Positions 47,985 to 60,678 of a stretch of DNA of 64,000 bases are shown in pieces. Position numbers and translations under genes: made by a program. This stretch comes from Mobula hypostoma (lineage: Eukaryota). Where the stretch lies: positions 209,438,001-209,502,000 of the forward strand of contig NC_086097.1 of the NCBI RefSeq assembly GCF_963921235.1. Direction: 5' to 3'. The notes beneath the pieces are model-generated. The model made no database searches. It was not told where the DNA came from and saw nothing but the letters and a program-made list of their open reading frames with translations. Position 1 is the stretch's first letter. Every line of letters begins with the position of its first letter.

Positions 47985-48946
47985 GTTAGCAATTCTTTTG
48001 CTGACATCACTAGCCAAATAAGTAAACTCGGAGTATACAAAGATTTGAGCTTGCAAGGCAGTTTCTGGTGGGATGGGGTAGGAAAACACAGGTACAAATC
48101 CTTCAAGCACTTCCAGTCACATAATAAGGCAATAGAAAATGGTCACTAAACAGATGTGGTGACATCAAGAGACATGCAATGCACATTTGATGTTGCAAGG
48201 TTCTTTCATCTTCAGACACTGAAGCTGATGACAAGTGGGAACTGAAGCCTGCTTCTGTATTACCTAGAGGGTCTGACATTATCTTGCCTGCTGCCTGAAG
48301 GTTAACAAATCAACGTACAATGGGTGTCTTCTTTAAATCTTCTTCTTTGGCAACAGCACTCCAATTCAACATCTTTCACCTCACTGCTGATTTTCTTAGG
48401 ACCCCACGCCCTTGATTATATACCTAATTCCATTGCTCCAGTCATCTCTCTGACCCTCTCCCCCTAGATCTATACTCTTTTTGACACCATTAAACTAGCA
48501 ACTCCCCAACAACATATCAATTGTCTTTTTAATTCATACCATCTGTAGTTTCAATCCTTTATTCACCCATTGTCAAAGCTCTTTCTGACTCCTTCTTTTC
48601 TAGTCTCAAGGGCTTGATGGTTATACAGTTTTTCCTATGATCGCTGTAATCTGCTTCACAGTTCACTTTCTCTGCAATCTCTACCATGGCACAAAACCAC
48701 TAAGGAAATTCCACTATGCATAATGCTGTGAGCCTCAAGAGGGATTTAAAAAAACCCCAAGCTTAGGAGTTATTTCACAGGTCAAGAGCTGTCGGTAAGA
48801 CTTATTTTGGTCATTCCTGATATAACATTTTTTGAAACATGCATAATATCGGTTGAAAGGAAAGAGCGAAATAATTGCATTTTCATATTATACATTATGA
48901 ATCTGTTGAATAAGATGTCCCTTATTGAAAGCATTCTATTTTGCAG

Positions 48947-49089
48947 TAAAGGAATATACATTTGTCGTAACTTGTGGATCATCCAATCAATTAGAAACAG
49001 GATCTGATGTGTACGTCACTTTACAAGGAACTTTTGGAGACACTGGCAAAAGGAAGCTCAGCACAGAACCAGTAAATAAAGATCGAGCA
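48947..49089 (+). CDS. Exon 9/12, N-half of a PLAT domain
   Basis: ttttgcag acceptor; VKEYTFVVTCGSSNQLETGSDVYVTLQGTFGDTGKRKLSTEPVNKDRA; donor GCA|gtaagg. Confidence 0.88.
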
Positions 49090-50624
49090 GTAAGGAAGCT
49101 TATGCATTATGGTGATATAATAAGATTTTAATTTTCACTATATACTGATAGACAGAATAAAACCAGGTCTTGTGCAATCCACCCACTGGAGATTCAGGAA
49201 TTGAGTTACCATGTAAAGCGGAAGTATGTATTGATGCTAGAAAAATGTCTTTATTAGTCTGCTCAAAGTTATATGTACCATTATCCTCTTGGGTAAACAT
49301 GGTTGGATTTTTAATTCAAAGAATTCAACATGCAACCCAAGGACCAATACAGCAAATCTCTCCTAGGGTTTCAGAATAAGATTGAACTCAGTGGCCCAAT
49401 AATCCTTTTGAGTTAAACAGCAATCTTCTGTGAAAAATTAATGACCTATACTTCTCATATTTAGGAAAATTCAGAGCTTGCAGTATTATTTTATTCCTTT
49501 TCTCAGCAGAAGGACAAACACATATTTGATAAGGTGCTGGATAAATTTAGTAATTAGTATTCACTAGTTTCCAGGCTGAAACTACAGCACTCATTTAGCA
49601 CAAAGAAGCAAAAAAAAATGTAGTTAGACTTCTAAATTTCACATCACTGGTGCAGAGCTTACAAACCCTCCCAAAGGGACGGTATGTCACAAAATCAAAT
49701 GCATGCACAGCCAAGTCAGCCTTAGAAAGATTCCCACTGTATTCATGAGGCTGTCTGTGAGTGGGACAGAAATCACTGCTGCAGACTTAAGGATAAATTC
49801 AATCTGAAATATAACTTCAGGCAAACAAATTAGCTGCATATCAGTGAGAAAGATTTAAATGTTAAATACTCTTTCACAAATAATGTTAACTATACACCAG
49901 AAATGCACAGCATTTGTATCATCCAGTTTTGCTGTAGCTTTAAAGATGAAGAATGCACTGAGTGAACTTCATTTCAATTCTCCTAAGTATGTTTGAGGGT
50001 ATACATATGTATAGCCTATGTCATTTTGGGAAATACTGGAATTGTCACTGGGGAATTGAGGAAATGTGGAGATTTTGTCTGTACCCTTGATATATGGCCA
50101 GGGAGTTGGTGTTTATCAATGGGATATTCTGTCCCTATATTTATTGTGACTTCATTTTTTAAAAAAAATCGAAACTATGTAAAAGTATTCCACACAAAAA
50201 AGAAGTGTAGCAAAAAAAAGGAAAGAGAAACTATTAGCGGAATAACAGCTTTAATAATATTCCATACTGTACTATCTCCATTTTATAACAATACAAGTAG
50301 CTGTTTCTTTGGCTTCTGAAATGTAGTGTTATTGGAAAAGCAGATGTATCTACCTTCCAATCAATTGCTCGGGAACACGTTGGTCTTCAGCGAAAAGAAA
50401 AAGATAATATAACTGTCCATCTTAGTTTTATTAAGACTGTGGTGGAAAACTTGTAAGATCCTTAAAAACAAGTACAAGGATATTGATGTGTGATTACTTC
50501 CACTCGCAGAATACTGCAAATCTTGAATTGTTTGCTTAATTCCGTTGTTACAGCTTCTCCGGTGATAATCCTACTTTTAAGCTACACCTCACCCCAATAT
50601 CATGAGTAGTAGCATCACTTAAAG

Positions 50625-50872
50625 ATGGCTGACAAATTTTAAAAAGCCAGCCTGGATTTTTAAAAGAGAAATGCCAAAATTAATCCAGAATATTGTAAAC
50701 ATGATGTGCAGGCTCTTCTGCAGTAGGTAGAAAGGAGAGATGTGATCCTCCAGACAAACACTGTGAAGACAATATGAGGAAGTAACTACAAAAGTCATTC
50801 TCAGAGGTTGCACATGGAGAATCTGGATTCAGTGCTCCAAGAAGTTCCTCAACCTCAGACAAGTGGTCAAGG
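50625..50872 (+). pseudogene. Possible decayed Myb/SANT-like (Harbinger-type) coding remnant
   Basis: 50824-50871 reads WIQCSKKFLNLRQVVK followed by gtcag, resembling the trihelix QCxKKFxDL motif; upstream sequence is heavily degenerate. Confidence 0.35.
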
Positions 50873-50999
50873 TCAGCAAATACGGTATATATTTAATTTC
50901 CACATCCATCCAATAAACAACAGCCTTGCACATAGCTGATACACCCAACCCTGTTGCCTACCTATTATCAGCTACGATCAGTCAGCACTTATAATTAAC

Positions 51000-51320
51000 A
51001 CAAACACGAGGAAATCTGCAGATGCTGGAATATCAAGCAACACATATAAAAATTGCTGGTGAACGCAGCAGGCCAGGCAGCAGCTGTAGGAAGAGGTACA
51101 ATCGACGTTTCAGGCCGAGACCCTTTGTCAGGACTAACAGAAAGAAGAAATAGTAAGATGGAATTCTCTGACTTCCAGTAACTACTCCCCTCTATCCCTC
51201 CTCACTCCTGCCCTTTTTGTTTCCTTTCCTGTTCCCACCAGTTTCCATCACCCTGTTTCCCATCTATCCACCTCCCTATCCTTCTGACCTCCCCCACATA
51301 TCCCTCCCACTAGTTCCCTT
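51000..51320. mobile_element. PLE fragment: inverted pLTR (-) joined to an ORF-end/pLTR remnant (+)
   Basis: aacacgaggaaatctgcagatgctgg...cgtttcaggccgagaccctttgtcaggact, then gaattctctgacttccagtaa. Confidence 0.7.
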
Positions 51321-52029
51321 GTGACTGAATTGCTGCCAAGCATCACAACTCATTAGCATCCATTACCAAATGAGCGCAGTACAAAGCCGGCTCTCCGAGC
51401 CCGGGGTTGCTCAGGACTCCTGCCCAAAGCCATCAGGGATCTTCTGTGCTGAATATTAGCTGCTGAGCACCAGTTGTATGCAGGCAGTGGGGTAGCACGA
51501 CTAGGAGATATGGGGAGAGGTAAAGACACATGGAGGCCTTGTTTTAAAATTTTTTAATTAAAAAAATCATAATGCATGATTTATAAAAGTAATAGGGTTA
51601 GTCTTTTTTGTTTTTTTTTCTTAGCAGTTATATGGCATGGTGAGATCCAACGTGACAGGCAAAATATGGCTGATGACTAATAGAAAACTAAGATAGAATA
51701 AACTGGTTTTATTGTCAACGGGTTGTTCACACAAAGCTGTCCAGGTTACAGCCTCCCTTCTGCTTTAATCTCCTCCTTCCCGTCCAGCTACTGGCTATTT
51801 AGCTGGAGCAATAGGCTGTGTCATCTTGACAGTGAAATTGTGCAGCATAGAGCAGAATCTTCGTTGACTTATTGCAGCACAGAGGGAGCCAATTTAGCCC
51901 ACCGGCTCCCAGCAGTGCAACCCGATTAGTTCCACTCCCTCCTTATTTCCCTGCATCTTGTCAACTTACTCTCCTTCACACACCCTTTGCCTCCACTTTG
52001 ATACCCCTTGGCACTTAGCTTGAATGGGA

Positions 52030-52137
52030 GGTGATTTAGAATCAGAGTCTGGTTTACTATCACTGGCATATGTCATGAAATTTGTAAATTTTGTATCATG
52101 GAATACATGATAAATGTAGAAAAACACTGAATTACAG

Positions 52138-52182
<45 letters not shown>

Positions 52183-52845
52183 ATATATACACATATATAT
52201 ATAGTTAAATTAAAATAAGTAGTGCAAAAACAGAAATTTTAAAAAGGTGGTGAGGTAGTGTTCCCGGTTTCCATGTCCATTTAGGAATTGGATGGCAGAG
52301 GGGAAGAAGCTGTTCCTGAATCACTGAGTGTGTGCTTTCAGGCTTCTGTACCTCCTTCCTGATGGTAACAATGAAAAGAGGGCATGTCCTGGGTGGTGGG
52401 GGTCCATAGCGATTCACTCCGTCTTTCTGAGGCCCACTCCTTGAAGGTGTCTTGGATACCATGGAGACTAATACCCGTGATGGAGCTGACTAATTTTAGA
52501 GTTTTCTGCAGCTTACTTTGATCCCGTGCAGTAGCCCTTCCCAACCCCACCCCCAATACCAGACATTGATGCTGCCTGTCAGAATGCACTCCATGGTCCA
52601 TCTGTAGATGTTTTCCACTGTTTTAGGTGACTAATCCATTCTCCTCCATATCCTTATGAAATGTAGCTACTGTCTTGCCTTCTTTATAGCTGCATCAATA
52701 TGTCGGGACCAGGGTAGGTCCTCAGAGATCTTGACACCCAGGAACATAAGACTGCTCACTCTTTCCACTTCTGATCCCGCTATGCGGATTGGTTTGTATT
52801 CCCTCGTCTTACCTTTCCTGAAGTCTGCAATCGGCTCAATGTAAT
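52030..52845 (-). mobile_element. Rex1/Babar-like 3' fragment containing a (TA)n(TG)n microsatellite at about 52138-52204
   Basis: - strand KLQKTLKLVSSITG; tail agaatcagagtc; visible dinucleotide runs. Confidence 0.8.
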
Positions 52846-53480
52846 AAACACAAAATGCTGGAGGAACTCAGCAGGCCAGGCAACATCTATGAAAAAGAGT
52901 AAACAGTTGACCTTTCAGGCCAAGAACCTTCATCAGGACTGGTAAAAAGAGATGAGAAGTCAGCGTGAGAAGGTGGAGGGAGGGATGGAAGAAGCACAAG
53001 GTAGTAGATGACAGGTGAAAATGGGAGGGGGAAGGGGTAAAGAGCTGGGAAGTCAATTGGTGAAAGAGATAAAGGGCTGAAGAAGGGAGAATCTGATAGG
53101 AGAAGACAAAGGCCATGGAATAAAGGGAAGAGGGAGGAGCACCAGAGGGAGGTGATGGGAAGGTAAGCAGATAAGGCGAGAGAAGTAAATATAATTTGGG
53201 AATGGTGAAGTGGGGGTCGGGGAGGAAGCAATTACTGGAAGTTGGAGAAATTGAAGTTCATGCCATCAGGTTGGAGGCTACCCAGGCAGAATATAAGGTG
53301 TTGCACCTCCAACTTGAGTGTGGCCTCACTGCAGCAGTAGAGAAGGCCGATGACTGACATGTCGGAATGGGAATAGGAGGTGGAATTGAAATGGGCAGCC
53401 ACCAGGATATCCCACTTCTCCTGGCAGACTGAGCACAGGTGCTTGTTGAAGTGGTCTCCCAATCTACATTGGGGTCTCAG
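52845..53480 (-). mobile_element. PLE 3' fragment (GIY-YIG end plus pLTR)
   Basis: RLGDHFNKHLCSV...VAAHFNSTSYSHSDM...QPDGMNFNFSNFQ; hammerhead-like motif at 52905-52940. Confidence 0.88.
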
Positions 53481-54049
53481 CAACTCCTGTATATCTCAGT
53501 GCTGAGTATAATGAATTGATCTGTATGAACAGTGTGCAAGATAAGTTTTTCACAGCACGTTGGCATATGTAACAACAATAATCCAATTCCAAGAATGTAA
53601 AAGTGAATGAGTTATTTTATATATTATAGTTTTATAATTATTTCATACTTCCTGACAACATAGGATGGTATTCAGTCCTTCAAGCCTATGAGTAATTTAA
53701 GAACTATTCCATTCATTCCACTCCCCCAATTATCTCCCTAGTGTAGGTAAATGACAGGAAAACTCTCCCTACTTATTTTTCTGTCACTCACTGATACCAG
53801 GGACAATTTATGGTGGCCAGTTAACCTACCAACCAGCATGTTTGATAGTGTTTCAGGCCAAGACCTGGTCTCAGGTCACCGAAACATAATACAGTGTCAG
53901 GATCAAATGCAGGTAGATGCAGCAGAGTTGCAGCACCACAAACTTTTGCATCAGTGTGCCACCCGTTTTATGTCAACTCTGAAGGCAAACTGCAATCTCA
54001 TTTCCACTTACACTCTTTCACATGTACATGAACTACCACCAACCTTCTC

Positions 54050-54210
54050 TAGAGGCAACTTACATTTGCCGTTAACCCTCCAACCCATGCCTTTAGGATG
54101 TGAGAGGAAATCAAAACAACTGAGGGAAACCCATATGGCCACAGGAAGAACATGCAAACTCCAGACAGACAGCACCCAAGATCAGGATTGTACACAGGTC
54201 ACTGCACAAG
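54050..54210 (-). mobile_element. HE1-like V-SINE remnant
   Basis: tttaggatgtgagaggaaatc...ggaaacccatatggccacaggaagaacatgcaaactcc. Confidence 0.6.
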
Positions 54211-54657
54211 ACGAAGGTGCACAAGTTTTTTTTTGTTTTGGTTTTGAGATATGTGTTTTGGTTTTCTTTAATCATTTATGTGTATTTGGTTCAACTTGCT
54301 TTGCTTTTTAATCTTTAAGTTTTTACTCATTTAATTCTGGATAGTTTTAAAACATTAATGAGACACATTTAGAAATGTACTAAAACTATCAAGCTGTTAA
54401 CAATCAGAAAAACTAATGGGGCGTGTCCTTGTTTGATGTCCATCAATGCATCATTGGAGAGCTTACTGTTGTTCAGCATACTACTGTCATCCAAAATGGT
54501 CAATGCAGTAAGATAAGGCATCCATTTCTAGTCAAGGTGATTACTGTCATGATGTGACTGTGGGGTCAATAGTGAATATTTGTCCTATGAACTTAATACC
54601 CTGCCTGTTTGCAAGATTTAATTGTTTCTTTTTCTAAGCTGATATTGAATCTTGTAG

Positions 54658-54865
54658 ATCTATATGTTGATAACCGAGGCAGTCGATGTTGGAGAGCTTC
54701 AGACTCTAACCATTCAGTTGGAGAAAGGTTCTGACTTCTATCTGGAGGACATCATTGTCAGGGAAGGAAAGTATGCTGTGAAAGAAGCTGTATTTACTGC
54801 TGCAGAATGGCTGCGCACCCCAAAGGATACAAGCAAAACATCAACATTAGTCCTACCAGTTACAG
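54658..54865 (+). CDS. Exon 10/12, C-half of a PLAT domain
   Basis: cttgtag acceptor; IYMLITEAVDVGELQTLTIQLEKGSDFYLEDIIVREGKYAVKEAVFTAAEWLRTPKDTSKTSTLVLPVT; donor ACAG|gtttgg. Confidence 0.88.
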
Positions 54866-55186
54866 GTTTGGGAAATAGCCATGTTGTGTTTCCTAAAAAT
54901 CATTTCTGATTTTCTATTTGATTTTATAAGCTGAAACGACCTTAAAATGAAAAAAAACTATGAATTTGGGAAAAGTGTGTTTTTCTACCATTAAACATTC
55001 TAACCCCTGATGCTGCAGACTAGATGAACATGACCATTGGAAATTGGAATAATTTAAGACCCATATTACCAAGCAATGCCCACATGTAAATATCTATTAA
55101 AGATAGAGATAGTCTTTTATTCACCATACGCGATCAGAGGAATGGTGGAATTAGAGACTATCACTGCGTTTAGAAGGTGTCTCACC

Positions 55187-55600
55187 ATGATTTATTCCTT
55201 GGGACGTAGAAGATTGGTAGGAGATTTGATAGTGAAATACAAAATTATGAGGGATATAGATAGAGTAAATGCAAGCAGGCTTTTTCCACTGAGGTTGGGT
55301 GGGACTACAACTGGAGGTCATATGTTAAGGGTGAAAGATGAAAAGTTTAAGGGGAACATGAGGAGAAACTTCTTCACTCAGAAGGTCGTGAGAGGGTGAA
55401 ATGAGCTGCCAGTGCAAGTCGTGCATGTGAGCTCAATTTCAACACTTAAGAGAAGTTTGGATAGGAACATGGATTGTAGGGGTATGGAGGGCTACGGTCT
55501 TGGTGCAGGTCGATAGAAATGGGCAGTTTAAATAGCTCGGCATGGACTAGATGGGCCAAAGGGCCTGTTTCTGTGCTGAACTTCTCTATGACTCTGTAAC
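55187..55600 (+). mobile_element. CR1 3' end
   Basis: RRRLVGDLI...RNFFTQKVV; tail gggccaaagggcctgtttctgtgctg...ctctatg. Confidence 0.85.
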
Positions 55601-55814
55601 TCTATGATATTCGCAAGAGTATTTAGGAATAGGGAGTAAATTATGCCAACCACACCCATATCCATTGAAGGGAATTAAAACAACAATATACTGCTGTTAC
55701 CTGCATTTACAAAAAAGGCAGACCTAAATGTAAAAGGATATGTGAAACATTATGAATTGATGATGAAATTATTCAGTGAAAGAAAATTTTAACCAATTAT
55801 TCTCAATTATTTAG

Positions 55815-55871
55815 ACTTTCAGTTAAACAGAAGTTACCAAGAAGTTCCAAACTGGCAACAACTTAAATCAG
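55815..55871 (+). CDS. Exon 11/12, 57-nt linker exon
   Basis: ttatttag acceptor; DFQLNRSYQEVPNWQQLKS; donor TCAG|gtacat; symmetric phase 1-1, so it could be skipped in frame. Confidence 0.7.
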
Positions 55872-55959
55872 GTACATTAAATGCCATTGTAATTATAATA
55901 TGATTTTGGAAAATTGAACCAACATTGAAACCTTGTGTGTGGGACTACTCTCAATGCAG

Positions 55960-56117
55960 GTGGTAAATGGAGAATCTGTCTATCAAGACTCAATAGCAAA
56001 GAGAGCTTGGTGAATAGGATTGACTTGGAAATGGTAGTATATGGAGCATTGAAAAAATCCACTCCCATTCCTTTGGTGTCCGAACATGCTCTTTATGTGG
56101 ACTTGGTGAAGTTTGAG
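55960..56117 (+). CDS. Exon 12/12 (in window), N-half of a divergent PLAT domain
   Basis: aatgcag acceptor; GGKWRICLSRLNSKESLVNRIDLEMVVYGALKKSTPIPLVSEHALYVDLVKFE; donor GAG|gtaagt; resembles exon 2. Confidence 0.85.
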
Positions 56118-57514
56118 GTAAGTCTTTAATATATGTTCTGCAGAACATTAGTAAACCTACTGGTAAACTGCTGTGTCAAAGGATTGAATGATGTTCTTAC
56201 TAGCAGTATTTGTTTCTTTGAGGTAATTATCATTCCGAGTTATGTGGTAACATTATTCCTCTAGTGACTTCATTAAGATTCAAACATGTACAATAACATC
56301 TTACCCTTATGTAACATCTGTAAGCTAGTAAAATATCCCAACTGTGCTTCACAGAATTAGAATTAGATATAAGTATAAATGCTTTTATTCCAAAGTCAAA
56401 CCAATGTGAAGGAGTATGAGTAGTGCAAATTTTCCACACACCCAGTGGAAACTGGAACAGCTTTTTCTACATAATCTAGGCCTATATTACAGCATATGTC
56501 TCTCCCAATACTATAATTTGGTAGATAGATAAGAGATATTAAAAGTTTTTGTCAAAATATAAAGAATGGTATAGAGTTTTCTTGAAGTGGATCGTATGAT
56601 TTTCAATGACACCTTGAGAAAATCAGATTGGGGTTAATCGTAAACAAAAATGGTTTGCTTAATAATAGCTACAAAACTACATGCACTTCTGGAATTATGG
56701 ATTGTCTGATCTTTTCCTCACTAACACCAACCAGAAGCAGTCAGAAAGTAGTGTTGTTGCACATCCCTCCCGAAACTCGGGAGCATGGACAAATCAATCC
56801 ATGTAGTTTAGTCTCAAGTTATTAATCTTGTTACAAATTACTTCACAGGCAAAACCTAAATGATCATAATCAAAGTATTTATTTATAAGAACACAAGCAG
56901 ATTGGTTAGTTCGGCTACAACCAGAATTGTGATTGGAATTTATCAAAGTTCCCTTCCAGACAGATCAGCTTCAAATATCCTTTTGCAAAAGCATATCACG
57001 CTTGACAAGAACTGTGGTCCTCCTTTCATATTTCAACACTATTTGATCAGAGGGAATGAAGCAAAACAGAATTAGAATGGGATAAGGTCATATCAGCCCC
57101 CTTGAGGAGGATCCACACCACCAAGCAAAGATCTAGCCAAGCGAAAGATCATAACAGTATCAGATCACAGATTGATTGATCTCTGAGAATTGCACAGTAG
57201 ATTTGGTCTGTGGGCTGCTGGCAATGAGGCTCTATAGAAATAAAAAGGTCATGGATAATTTTAAAAATATATAAACAATATTCTAAAGGATGAGAATGTT
57301 TGCAATCTCACAGGTTTTGCTACTCTCTTATGAGATGTTCCTTGTTGACAATAGCACAGGTTATAAATTGTAAATTATAATCCAGTTTCTGTCATTAAAT
57401 TATTAATACTTACAATTCATCTTAATGATATCATTGTATGTGCAAAAATAGTGAGAAATTACATCAGAATTATGAAGGAACTATGCCTGGAAGTGCCCTG
57501 TCAAAGTTCCTGAT

Positions 57515-57745
57515 TTATTTATTTATTGACATAAATAATAGTGGAATAGCCCCTTCTAGCCCTCGAGCCACACCACCCAGATATCTCCCGATTTAATCCC
57601 AGCCTAATCATGGGACAATTTACAATGACCAATTAACCTACCAACTGGTATGTCTTTGGACTGTGAGAGGAAACCGGAGAGCCCAGAGGAAGCCCACGTA
57701 GTCGTGGGGAGAACGTACAAACTCCTTACTGGCAGCAGCAGAAAT
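57515..57745 (-). mobile_element. HE1-like V-SINE
   Basis: gtctttggactgtgagaggaaaccggagagcccagaggaagcccacg...acgtacaaactcc. Confidence 0.75.
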
Positions 57746-58067
57746 GGGTGATGTGTGGAACTTCTCTGGGAAACGTGTACAAAGAACAGTCATGTGTTAC
57801 GCACTATGACAATCTGTAATCTACTTTCGACATTCATTTTATTTATCTGTAGTTGCATTAAGGCAAAACATTTTTAAAATTTGACTGATTTAAAACCAGA
57901 TACTTCAAGTCAAAATTTAAATGTCAAGACCACATAAATTAAAGTTCCTGATCCCTGCCATTTGTCATAAGCGAATGTAATCTTGTAGCCATTATTAAGA
58001 TTATTTTTTACCGTTTTCTCCAATGTTTCTGTCTCAAGGGTTAAATATGCACATAAAATAAAATCAC

Positions 58068-58430
58068 CTTATAAACCTTTTGAATATTGTAAGGCCAAGA
58101 CAGAGTAGATGTGGAAAGGATGTTTCCAGTGGTGGGGTAATCTAGGACAAGAAGGCACAGCCTCAGGATAGGGGTGTCCATTTAAAACAGAGATACAGTG
58201 AAACTTCTTTAACCAGAGGGTGGTGAACTTGTGCAATTTGTTACCGCAGGCAGCTGTGGAGGCCAGATCATTGGGTGTATAGAAGGCAGAGCTTGATAGG
58301 TTCTTGATTGGACATGGCATCAAAGGTTTACAGGGAGAAGGCCAGAGAATAGGGTTAAGGAGGGGGAAAAAAAGGATCAGCCATGATTGATGGGCTAAAT
58401 GGTCTAATTCTTCTCCTATGTCTTATGGTT
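58068..58430 (+). mobile_element. CR1/HER1 3' end
   Basis: ttctttaaccagagggtggtgaac...aatggtctaattcttctcctatgtcttatgg. Confidence 0.82.
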
Positions 58431-59264
58431 TTTCTCTCCAGCAACTAAACATTGAGATTAACACCCTTAAATGGGCTCCTTGAACAAGTGTAGGGTCATC
58501 TGAGCCCCTACAAGCAAGTGTGGTGTAGACTTGGATAATGCATAGTGAAAGTGGTGGCTGCTTGCTTCTGAGAAGAGTTTCTTCAGAGTTTTGAGTAGCA
58601 ACCTCAGAAATTATGAGTTGTCCCTTCAAAATGTGATATTACAGAGCAAGCATTGCAACTACAATATGGTGCCCCTGGGACTGTTGGTAAAACTGGGGTG
58701 GAAGAACAATGCCTTCTTGTGTCTCCCATTTGGGATTTAAACAGTTGCCATGTGGAAAGTGATGTCATCAGACATGTAATAATTGCTATTTAAAACTATT
58801 GAGCATGAGCTCAAGGCACATTGTGAACTTTACTGCTCAATATTAGGAACTGCATTAATCCTGGCAGAATATGTGGTGACTGCCATTTTCTCACTTAAGG
58901 ATCCATATTGTGTCTTGTTCTGTTGAGAAAAACATTATGAACAGAACCTAAAACTTGGCTGAAGACTCCAAAACAAATGAATTCTGTGATTTAAAACTGT
59001 AACAAAACAGAAGTGTTTTGCTTGCATCAGCCCGATTTTTCTGATCAATTTGACCTCATTTCATTTCTGGAGACAGTTCCACAATATAGTCGGATTGTTG
59101 GTAAGAAGTAACAATCAGATTTATTCACTTCCGTCCAAAAGATTAAAAATCTTTTCTATTTCCAAATAATAGCCTTAGGGCTTTTTGCCTTGCTTTATGT
59201 TTTATCTTGCCATCGGGTTTTTCTGCTGTTCCCAGTGATATAGTAGCATCAAGTATGGCTAACA

Positions 59265-60678
59265 CAAAGGGGCATAAATTTAAGGTGTTAGGAGGAAAGT
59301 ATCAGAGGGAAATTTGAAGCAGGTTTTTTACACAGAGAGTGATAAGTGAATGGGACATGCTGCCGGGGTAATGGTAGAGACAGATATATTAGGGACATAT
59401 AAGAGACTCTTAGATACACATGGATGAAACAAATAAATGAAGGGCTGTGCAGGAAAGAGTTGTTAGATTGATCTTGGAGTAGGTTAAAGAGTCAGCTCAA
59501 CATTGTGGGCCGAACAGCTTGTACTGTATTGTATTTTTCTGTGTTCTAAGTTCTCTATCCATGTTTTGCAGGAAGTATTAGCTGTCATTTTTCCCCTCTG
59601 GTTGTCAATGTGCAAACTATGTCTTTCTGTGTTTGTAATTTAGATTCTATTGTGTTAATCTGCATGGAGGCTGGTGACCAGTGGTGTGCCTCAGGGGTCT
59701 GTTCTGGGACCCCTACGCTTTGTGATTTTTATAAATGACCTGGATGAGGAAGTGGAGGGATGGGTTAGTAAATCTGCTGATGACACAAAGGTTGGAGGTG
59801 TTGTGGATAGTGTGGAGGGCTGTCAGAGGTTACAATGGGACATTGATAGGATGTAAAACTGGGCTGAGAAGTGGCAGATGGAGTACAACCCAGATAAGTG
59901 TGAGGTGGTTCATCCTGGTAGGTCAAATATGATGGCAGAATATAGCATTAATGGTAAGACGCTTGGCAGTGTGGAGGATCAGAGGGATCTTGGGATCTGA
60001 GTCCATAGGACACTCAGAGCAGCTGCACAGGTTGACTCTGTGGTTAAGAAGGCATACGGTTCATTGGCCTTCATCAATCGTGGGATTGAGTTTAAGAGCC
60101 AAGAGGTAATGTTGCAGCTATATAGGACCCTGGTCAGACTCCACTTGGAGTACTGTGCTCAATTCTGGTCACCTCACTACAGGAAGGACTTGGAAACCAT
60201 AGAAAGGGTGCAGAGGAGATTTGCAAGGATGTTGCCTGGATTGGGGGAGCATACCTTATGAGAATAGGTTGAGTGAACTCGGCCTTTTCTCCTTGAAGCA
60301 ACGGAGGATGAGAGGTGACTTGATAGAGGTGTATAAGATAATGAGAGGCATTGATTGTGTGGATGGTCAGAGGCTTTTCCCCAGAGCTGAAATGGTTAGC
60401 ATGAGAGTGTATAGTTTTAAGGTGCTTGGAAGTAGGTACAGAGGAGATGTCAGGGGGTTTTTTACGCAGAGAGTGGTAAGTGCGTGGAATGGGCTGCCGG
60501 CGGCGTTGGTGGGGGTGGAAATGTTAGGGTCTTTTAAGAGACTCCTGAGTGGCTACATGGAGCTTAGAAAAATAGAGGGCTATGGGTAAAGCCTAGGTAG
60601 TTCTAAGGTAGGGGCATGTTCGGCACAGCTTTGTGGGCCGAAGGGCCTGTATTGTGCTGTATGTTTTCTATGTTTCTA
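59265..60678 (+). mobile_element. Two CR1 3' fragments (about 59265-59555 and 59660-60678)
   Basis: [49 protein letters not shown]; ttctatgtttcta tail. Confidence 0.88.

Noticed and set aside
2366..56117. Assigning the symbol LOXHD1 or RP1
   Set aside because: The domain type is clear, but orthology cannot be established without a search.
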